A DNA stretch of 20,014 bases from contig JAEOSI010000018.1 of the NCBI GenBank assembly GCA_016840425.1, forward strand, positions 1 through 20,014, written 5' to 3'. The notes under the pieces are model-generated. The model had not been told where the DNA came from, did no database searches, and saw nothing but the letters and a program-made list of their open reading frames with translations. The position numbers and the translations under genes were made by a program. Below, one piece after another: positions 14,901-20,014 of this stretch; position 1 is the stretch's first letter; each line of letters opens with the position of its first letter. The DNA comes from Candidatus Wukongarchaeum yapensis (GTDB taxonomy: Archaea; Asgardarchaeota; Wukongarchaeia; Wukongarchaeales; Wukongarchaeaceae).

Positions 14901-17100
14901 ATCCCATTTGTGATTGAGTAAGATTTCTCTTTTTACGCAATTCTAAAAGTAGATCCTTTAAACTTGGGATAATATCAATGTTAGTGTTAGAACTTAGGTT
15001 TTTATTTAACTTCTCTTTTTTAGATGAATTTAATCCTATCTTATCTTTGAATCGATTAAATTGATCAATTGAAGTTATTTTCAATCGATTATATCGTTTT
15101 TTATCGGAACTTTGACTTCTTGAATGTGAATAACCCAATTGTGATATAATTTCAAATCTGTTTAACAGCAATTGAATATCTGATAATAACCTCTTACTGG
15201 AAGAAGAAACTGAAATGGTAGCACGATTTTTGTCCACATAACCATCGGTATCATAATATGCTTTAAGAAATTCACTAACTGTTCCATTAGGCGATCTCAT
15301 AATAATTGAAGGAACCTGTTTATTTTCAGCACCCTTATAAAAGGAGGGTGAGGTATTTTCTAAAAACCTTCCAAGTTCAATGGATGAAATATATATATCT
15401 CGAGCAGATTTTCTTGGTCGGCTTGGTCTAATATTATAATTAATATTACCGAAAGACTCTTTTGCACAATTTATATAATCCGTTAAGATTTGTCTTTCAT
15501 TATTAGTAAACCATGTGCATGCTGTTTTTGTTCTTTGTACGCAGCCGTCTCCACAAATATAACCTAAAAATCTAGCTAGTTCTTTGGTTACTTTTCTTGG
15601 AACATAGATATGTTTCGCGTTAGTCTTACCTTTTTCAAATTTAATATCAATTTTATCATTTGGACTAGAAGGAATATATCGTGGGGTGGCAATAAAATCT
15701 CCAATTTCTAGTTCTTTAGCTTCTTTTGATAAAATCAATCCATTTTTTGTTATAAAGAAAGGGTGGGTGGGGGTTACTATAATCTCTTTAACGCTAGATG
15801 TTTTTACCTCATACATATATTCGGGGGCTTTTCTTTTCCAAAAAATATTAGCATAAGCAAGTTTAGCTTTTCCGTTTTTATCCATTGTTATTATGGGTTG
15901 TGATCCTTTTGCATAAAACCCATCATCAATCTCGTTAATATTGTCCTTTAATGCATCTTCTACTATTTGTTCAATATTTTTAACCTCACCAGATCCCATT
16001 ATGACCCTAGTTCCAGGCGCAACACATTTAGCCACGCCGGGGTCTCCTATTAGGAGTAGGTTTGATTCTCCCCGTATTTTTATGCCGTCGGGTAAAACTT
16101 TTGGGTTACCGCCGAAGAGTAGTAGGGCTACTGCTTCTTTTATAGCCTCATAGCCGTAGATCGAGGGGGCGATGCTTTTCGTTATTTTTTGGTGTATAAA
16201 AGGATCTCTTGCTAATTCTTTTATTTGCTCTTCTTCTTCGGCGTTTATTTCAAATTCTTCATATTCTTTCCCGAAAGTTTTTAGTTGGAGCAAATCAAGG
16301 TATGTGTGGAAGGTGGCTAGTTTTATGCCGCGTCGTGTAAAATCAGGAAAAGCGCGTAGAATTCCTGTGACGGTAATACGATCCCCGGGCCTTGCAATGT
16401 CGACAAGATCATCTAACAAAGTAGCGTCTATTGAGCGGGGGATTTGGCCTGGTGGGAGTTCTTCTGGGCGTTCTTGAAGCGTTATTTTTTGCCAGTCAAT
16501 ATATTTGCTTTCTTCTTGGAGAAGTTTAAAAGTTCCTGATTTTAGGCAGGTGGGATTTGGGCATTTTGAAGGTTTTGTAAAACGGCCTCTCTCCTGCTCT
16601 ATGTAAACTTCTTCACCGCAGAATCCACATTTGAAAACGCCTTCAATTAGGAGGGGTTTTACTATGGTTACCCTTGTAAGTATCCCATCGATAGAAATTA
16701 ATTTGCCTAGATGAATAGCGCGTAGTGCGCGTAAATTTACGCGTTCAGTCGAGTTGAAAAATCGTGCATGGAACTCTTTTACACGCTCTGCGTGACTGGG
16801 ATCTTCTATTTTAACTAGTTCTTTAATAGCCGCTTTTGCATATGGAATATAGTTATCAGGGTTTTCAAGGAGTTGATCTGCTAATTCTGAATCATAAGTC
16901 ATTAGATCCATTAAATCGATTTCTAAGGATCTTTTATCTTCTAGAGATAGGCGTTTTATGGCTTCAAAATATCTTTTGTTGCCGTTTTCGTCTTCAAATT
17001 CTTTGAAAAATTCGGTAAAGCTCTCTAATGTTGCGGAAATAGTTTCTTCTTCTTCTCCTTCTCCCTCTTCTTCAAAATCTTCCCCTATATCTTCAACCAT
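11998..17100 (-). CDS. mcm: MCM replicative helicase precursor (1700 aa) with two inteins; spliced product 703 aa
   Basis: N-domain with C4 Zn finger (CGFC...CPNPTC) and QERPEELPPGQIPR. After splicing: Walker A GDPGVAK|SQLL, Walker B GVA|CIDEFDKM, sensor-1 AAANP, arginine finger ILSRFDL, sensor-2 ITARQLESLIRL, and a C-terminal wH. GGTGA RBS. Confidence 0.98.
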   Translation of the reverse strand: MVEDIGEDFEEEGEGEEEETISATLESFTEFFKEFEDENGNKRYFEAIKRLSLEDKRSLEIDLMDLMTYDSELADQLLENPDNYIPYAKAAIKELVKIEDPSHAERVKEFHARFFNSTERVNLRALRAIHLGKLISIDGILTRVTIVKPLLIEGVFKCGFCGEEVYIEQERGRFTKPSKCPNPTCLKSGTFKLLQEESKYIDWQKITLQERPEELPPGQIPRSIDATLLDDLVDIARPGDRITVTGILRAFPDFTRRGIKLATFHTYLDLLQLKTFGKEYEEFEINAEEEEQIKELARDPFIHQKITKSIAPSIYGYEAIKEAVALLLFGGNPKVLPDGIKIRGESNLLLIGDPGVAKCVAPGTRVIMGSGEVKNIEQIVEDALKDNINEIDDGFYAKGSQPIITMDKNGKAKLAYANIFWKRKAPEYMYEVKTSSVKEIIVTPTHPFFITKNGLILSKEAKELEIGDFIATPRYIPSSPNDKIDIKFEKGKTNAKHIYVPRKVTKELARFLGYICGDGCVQRTKTACTWFTNNERQILTDYINCAKESFGNINYNIRPSRPRKSARDIYISSIELGRFLENTSPSFYKGAENKQVPSIIMRSPNGTVSEFLKAYYDTDGYVDKNRATISVSSSSKRLLSDIQLLLNRFEIISQLGYSHSRSQSSDKKRYNRLKITSIDQFNRFKDKIGLNSSKKEKLNKNLSSNTNIDIIPSLKDLLLELRKKRNLTQSQMGLARSTYQHYERGDRNPSRTNLKVIIKELEKYGDNDKLNQLRTIADTDVFWDKIISIQKIKPDFEWVYDLQVPETHNFVANGIYVHNSQLLKYVSATAPRALYTSGKGSTAAGLTAAVLRDSDTGDFILEAGALILADRGVACLHEGSKVLIDNRIVNIESLFDERRKFKTRSGNEEVEICELDANIISIDSRLKTASSRSLLIRRKKYKGEILEVSLTSGFKVKVTPDHKLLDGNTLEWRDAGKFKEGDFVIAPLKLPENKENIYFLDIIPDNWLVILGKKEKMELKGKIIAIYKSLSEFNRKYNISKDFLSGRSQIKVGKLREILKDLGWYEEWRNKYLKYGRKASGEMLKANKITPELAYFLGFVYGDGDVNISSRRSRISITQSLKNRKQIELLKNMFHSFSQRKLGEYRRKSESLIRGQKVESENIILYANSNLLAYIYSYVVGEGLKNLLKLPDEALKAFIAGCLDSDGCISVKRGRKSDKIYETVHVDFQLSKNEEENKAFMLALRRFDCFAKLRKGKGVNKILITGREDVSRLLNDIKKYSIKIKTIPTRKHLVSSLSDKLPNSPVAKISTQIISSINKSVLLKKGIWSTLYAYKNKRYQPSRQQLLKIRNEIFDFLDEKLGRQIELLTTRDYFLDKIVEIKTEKYSGYVYDIYIPKYHNFLCGGIIVHNCIDEFDKMEATDRVAIHEAMEQHTISIAKAGIVATLNARTSILAAANPAFGRYDAYRTPAENIKLPVTILSRFDLIFIMTDIPESAADRALASHILKLHQTPEETAEPPITQDLLRKYISYARKNIHPILSEEAVKRLEDYYVQIRSISESKKTPIAITARQLESLIRLAESRARMAFRDVVTLEDAEASIQLVQSSLQQVGIDQETGMIDIDTIMTGKPMSIRTKMEKIIDILSDLEPEYGKEVPLQKLQEEAIAQGIDEKSFGRIMKQLKDEGMLYEPKTGYIGRVGS
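12871..14478 (-). mobile_element. Intein 2 in MCM (536 aa) with LAGLIDADG homing endonuclease, inserted just before Walker B
   Basis: Starts CLHEGSKV; block B VTPDH; endonuclease motifs LAYFLGFVYGDG and FIAGCLDSDG; ends VYDIYIPKYHNFLCGGIIVHN followed by Cys+1. Removing it restores ADRGVA-CIDEFDK. Confidence 0.95.
14644..16026 (-). mobile_element. Intein 1 in MCM (461 aa) with LAGLIDADG homing endonuclease and XRE-type HTH, inserted in Walker A
   Basis: Starts CVAPGTRV; block B VTPTH; endonuclease motifs LARFLGYICGDG and FLKAYYDTDG; HTH LRKKRNLTQSQMGLARSTYQHYERG; ends VYDLQVPETHNFVANGIYVHN followed by Ser+1. Removing it restores GDPGVAK-SQLL. Confidence 0.95.
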
Positions 17101-17159
17101 CCGCCCATCACCTATATAACTAACTGACTAATTTAATCTTCTTATCTTATTTTTTTTCA

Positions 17160-17732
17160 TTATTGGTTGGTAAGGATTTTTTTCCAAGAGTTTACAGTGA
17201 GCCTTATTTTTTCAAAGAGCCACTTTTCTTCTAAACTCATATTTTTTAAAAGGGGTTCTTTTCCAGCTTCTTTGCCTTTTACAGCTATTTCAGCTACTTT
17301 ATGCGCTCTTTTCTCTAAGAATTCTGAAAGAACCTCTTCTAACTTCTTCTTCTTGCGAATCCCAATTTTTCCCTCCGTCTCAGCCCTTATTTTAAGTTTA
17401 GAAAGCTTCAGAAAAGCCTTGATATAAAAATCAGGGCTAATCTCGCCCAGGGTTTTGCTTTTACCTTCTCTAACAGTATTCTTTAAAATTTCCCGGCTTT
17501 CTATCAATATATCTTTTTGAGATAGACTCGCAAAGCCATGAGCTATGAGGTATTTAGCAATCCAAAGCCGTGTTTTAAAAGGCTTTTTATCGACTAACGG
17601 ACCGATTTTAATACCGCCTAAAGAAATTTCAGGATGGTCTTTGGAGGATATTAAATCAATTTTTTGCTCTTCAAACTCATGAACTAAGCGTCTAAACATG
17701 CTGGAAAACTCATCAACGAAGGACTCAGACAA
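17160..17732 (-). CDS. gins23: GINS complex subunit, Gins23 type (B domain before A domain)
   Basis: N-terminal B-domain pattern ISLGGIKIGPL....TRLWIAKYL..HG, then a helical A domain with ISPDFY, R..KV and NMSLEEKWLF. It lies immediately upstream of mcm on the same strand, the established gins23-mcm arrangement. TTG start with GAGGTG RBS. Confidence 0.85.
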   Translation of the reverse strand: MSESFVDEFSSMFRRLVHEFEEQKIDLISSKDHPEISLGGIKIGPLVDKKPFKTRLWIAKYLIAHGFASLSQKDILIESREILKNTVREGKSKTLGEISPDFYIKAFLKLSKLKIRAETEGKIGIRKKKKLEEVLSEFLEKRAHKVAEIAVKGKEAGKEPLLKNMSLEEKWLFEKIRLTVNSWKKILTNQ

Positions 17733-17998
17733 ATTAAGTTAACACCTCTTTAATTTAAGAATCTTATCAACCTGAATTTAATTCTTTACTGTTTAATTTT
17801 TAAAAAACGACAGAGAGATACAAAAAAATATATGATACCCATAAAACACGGGAAAAACTTTTTGTAAAAAATTGAAAAGTATAAAACTTTTAAAAACTCA
17901 AAAATAGGCGGAATAAGCGCGTATGGATCGAAAACAAGCATATTATATCTTTTTTAAAAACATATTAGTAAAAATTTTAAAAAAAGAATTGGTATAAG

Positions 17999-19648
17999 AT
18001 GTACATGCCAATAAAAAAGACGAAATATGTGGTTATTACAGGCGGTGTAATGTCCGGTATAGGGAAGGGAATCGTGACAGCAAGCATAGGCAAAATCCTC
18101 CAAAGCTTAAACAAAAAAGTTACGATAATCAAAATAGACCCGTATTTGAATTGGGATGCGGGGACTATGAATCCGTTTCAACATGGGGAGGTTTTTGTTA
18201 CCATCGATGGTGTTGAGCTGGATTGTGATTTTGGGCATTATGAAAGAATGCTTGATTTACAGCTTCTTGGAAACCAAAATATTACTACAGGACAAGTTTA
18301 TTATGAAGTTATTTCCAAAGAGCGGCGGGGGGATTTCTTGGGCCAAACTGTGCAGATTATTCCCCATATTACTGATGAGATTAAGCGCCGCATTAATCTT
18401 GTTGCGAAGCGGAGCGGGGCTGAGGTTGTTATTATTGAGGTTGGGGGGACTGTGGGAGACATCGAGGGACTGCCTTTTCTTGAGGCAGTACGGCAGTTGA
18501 GTTTGGAAGTTGGTCGTTATAATTGTTTGTTTGTTCATGTTACTTTTGTGCCTTTCCCGACACATTTGCGGGAGCCTAAAACTAAACCCACTCAACATTC
18601 TGTAAAAGAGCTTAGGAGTATAGGTATTGATCCTAGTTTTATTGTTTGTAGGAGCGAAAACCCGGTGGGCAAAGGACCTAGGAGAAAAATTGCGCTTTTT
18701 TGTAATGTTGAGGAGCGAGCTGTTTTTACTTTACCAGATTTGGATGTTGTTTACGAGGCTCCCTTGGTTCTAGATGGACAAGGTTTAGGGCAAATGATAC
18801 CAGAATATTTGGACTTTGAAGAAAAGAAGCCGGAACTTTTAGAATGGAAGGAAACTGTTGACTCTTTTAAAAATTTCGAGGGAGAAATAACGATCGGCAT
18901 GATCGGGAAGTATGCCGAACTTGCAGACAGTTACATCTCGATTAATGAATCGTTAAAGCACGCGGGGGCGGTTTTAAAGAGGAGAGTCAACATTGATTGG
19001 GTTAATTCTGAAGATTTTGAGAAGGACCCTTATGCTATTGAAAGGTTGGGAAAATATGCGGGCATTTTGATTCCTGGAGGTTTTGGCGCGCGCGGTACTG
19101 AGGGAAAGATTTTAGCGATAAAGTTCGCGCGGGAGAATAATGTTCCCTTTCTAGGTATATGTTTTGGCATGCAACTTGCCACGGTTGAATTTGCAAGGAA
19201 TATGGCAGGGTTAGAGGGAGCAAATAGTACTGAGCTTGATCAAAAGTCGCCTCATCCTGTTATATGTATTCTTCCAGAGCAGGTAAATGTAAAAAATAAG
19301 GGAGGGACCATGCGTCTTGGAGGTTATACGGCAGTCATAACGCCGGGGACTAAAGCTTATGAGCTTTATAAAACGGAAAAAATAGTAAGGAGACACCGTC
19401 ATAGATTTGAAGTAAATCCGGAATATATACAAATATTGGAGAAAAACGGACTGGTTTTCAGCGGGAGGAGTGAAGATGGGAGACTTATGGAGATATTAGA
19501 ATTACCAAATCACCCGTTCTTCTTTGGCACTCAATTCCATCCAGAATTTGATTCTAGACCTGCAAAACCCGAACCTGCTTATTTAGGATTCATTAAAGCT
19601 GCTGTTGAGAGGGAATTAAAAACGAAAATTATAGAAGCTACATCATAA
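17999..19648 (+). CDS. pyrG: CTP synthase
   Basis: ITGGVMSGIGKG, KIDPYLN.DAGTMNPFQHGEVFVT, GQTVQIIPHITDEIK, EVGGTVGDIEGLPFLEA, KTKPTQHSV, GICFGMQ, GGTMRLG, RHRHRFE and QFHPEF. Confidence 0.98.
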   Translation: MYMPIKKTKYVVITGGVMSGIGKGIVTASIGKILQSLNKKVTIIKIDPYLNWDAGTMNPFQHGEVFVTIDGVELDCDFGHYERMLDLQLLGNQNITTGQVYYEVISKERRGDFLGQTVQIIPHITDEIKRRINLVAKRSGAEVVIIEVGGTVGDIEGLPFLEAVRQLSLEVGRYNCLFVHVTFVPFPTHLREPKTKPTQHSVKELRSIGIDPSFIVCRSENPVGKGPRRKIALFCNVEERAVFTLPDLDVVYEAPLVLDGQGLGQMIPEYLDFEEKKPELLEWKETVDSFKNFEGEITIGMIGKYAELADSYISINESLKHAGAVLKRRVNIDWVNSEDFEKDPYAIERLGKYAGILIPGGFGARGTEGKILAIKFARENNVPFLGICFGMQLATVEFARNMAGLEGANSTELDQKSPHPVICILPEQVNVKNKGGTMRLGGYTAVITPGTKAYELYKTEKIVRRHRHRFEVNPEYIQILEKNGLVFSGRSEDGRLMEILELPNHPFFFGTQFHPEFDSRPAKPEPAYLGFIKAAVERELKTKIIEATS

Positions 19649-19797
19649 TCTGCCATCAGCTTTCGGGTAAAGAAAAGTAGAAAAAGCTAAAGATTAACTT
19701 CGAATATTCGGCGCTTTTTGAAGTATCGCCCATCCTTTAAACATTAAGGAGCATGGATGAGATATAATTTTTACAATAGTTTATACCCCGGATTTTT

Positions 19798-20014
19798 TTA
19801 TTCTTCTAGTTCGATTATTATACGTTTAACGCCAGGTTTACACACTTTTCTTACTCCATGTTTACCAGGACAATATTGGCTAGCCACAAGCTTTGCTTTT
19901 TCCAATATTTTTATTTGTGCAGAAATGTTTGCACCAGTCTGATCTTGAGCCTCGGCTATTTGTGATACATCCACTCCATCGCTATCTAGCATTCTCAAAA
20001 TTTTTAATCTTGTT
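19798..20014 (-). CDS. ArsR-family winged-helix transcriptional regulator (COG4189-like), 5' end outside the window
   Basis: The frame continues to the window edge as TRLKILRMLDSDGVDVSQIAEAQDQTGANISAQIKILEKAKLV..QYCPGKHGVRKVC. Confidence 0.8.
   Translation of the reverse strand, partial: TRLKILRMLDSDGVDVSQIAEAQDQTGANISAQIKILEKAKLVASQYCPGKHGVRKVCKPGVKRIIIELEE

Noticed and set aside
17733-17998. Specific regulatory motifs in the divergent gins23/pyrG intergenic region
   Set aside because: It is A/T-run rich with several possible TATA-like elements, and I could not single out one promoter or a convincing repeat.
19649-19797. Hairpin or small RNA between convergent pyrG and the ArsR-type gene (palindrome CGAATATTCG at 19701-19710)
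   Set aside because: The stems are too short to distinguish from chance, and there are no tRNA or known ncRNA features.
833-19942. Numerous short ORFs in the track overlapping real genes on the opposite strand or in another frame (e.g. 833-1159, 2455-2832, 6963-7475, 7741-8418, 10567-10977, 14225-14680, 18183-18598, 19757-19942)
   Set aside because: They are shadows of well-supported genes, have no recognisable motifs, and show the Ser/Phe/Leu-rich composition typical of antisense frames.

Overview
Archaeal chromosomal window, most likely from an Asgard archaeon. That assignment is an inference from a longin-domain gene and a PCI-like winged-helix/RING gene sitting among archaeal core genes, many with GGTGA/GGAGG ribosome-binding sites. 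Gene order: longin + winged-helix protein (5' truncated), pyrF, a membrane-anchored surface protein with a cytoplasmic zinc ribbon, a DUF2148-like ferredoxin-domain protein, a 709-aa protein with eight tandem PCI-like winged helices plus zinc ribbon-RING, acetate-CoA ligase beta subunit, pdxT, pdxS, an ATP-grasp ligase, a ~10-TM unknown membrane protein, tfb, mcm with two LAGLIDADG inteins, gins23, pyrG and a truncated ArsR-type regulator. I saw no rRNA, tRNA, CRISPR array or transposase. Four things stand out. (1) The winged-helix-repeat protein has a zinc ribbon-RING tail whose ligand spacing matches, from memory, the GATOR2 subunit MIOS/Sea4, and it lies 2.3 kb from a longin-wHTH protein with an NPRL2-like layout. 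(2) The tfb upstream region has two identical BRE-TATA elements and three copies of a palindromic operator-like motif. (3) The G+T versus A+C strand skew flips repeatedly at kb scale, even inside genes. (4) MCM carries two inteins. All family calls are by motif recognition only; no searches were run.
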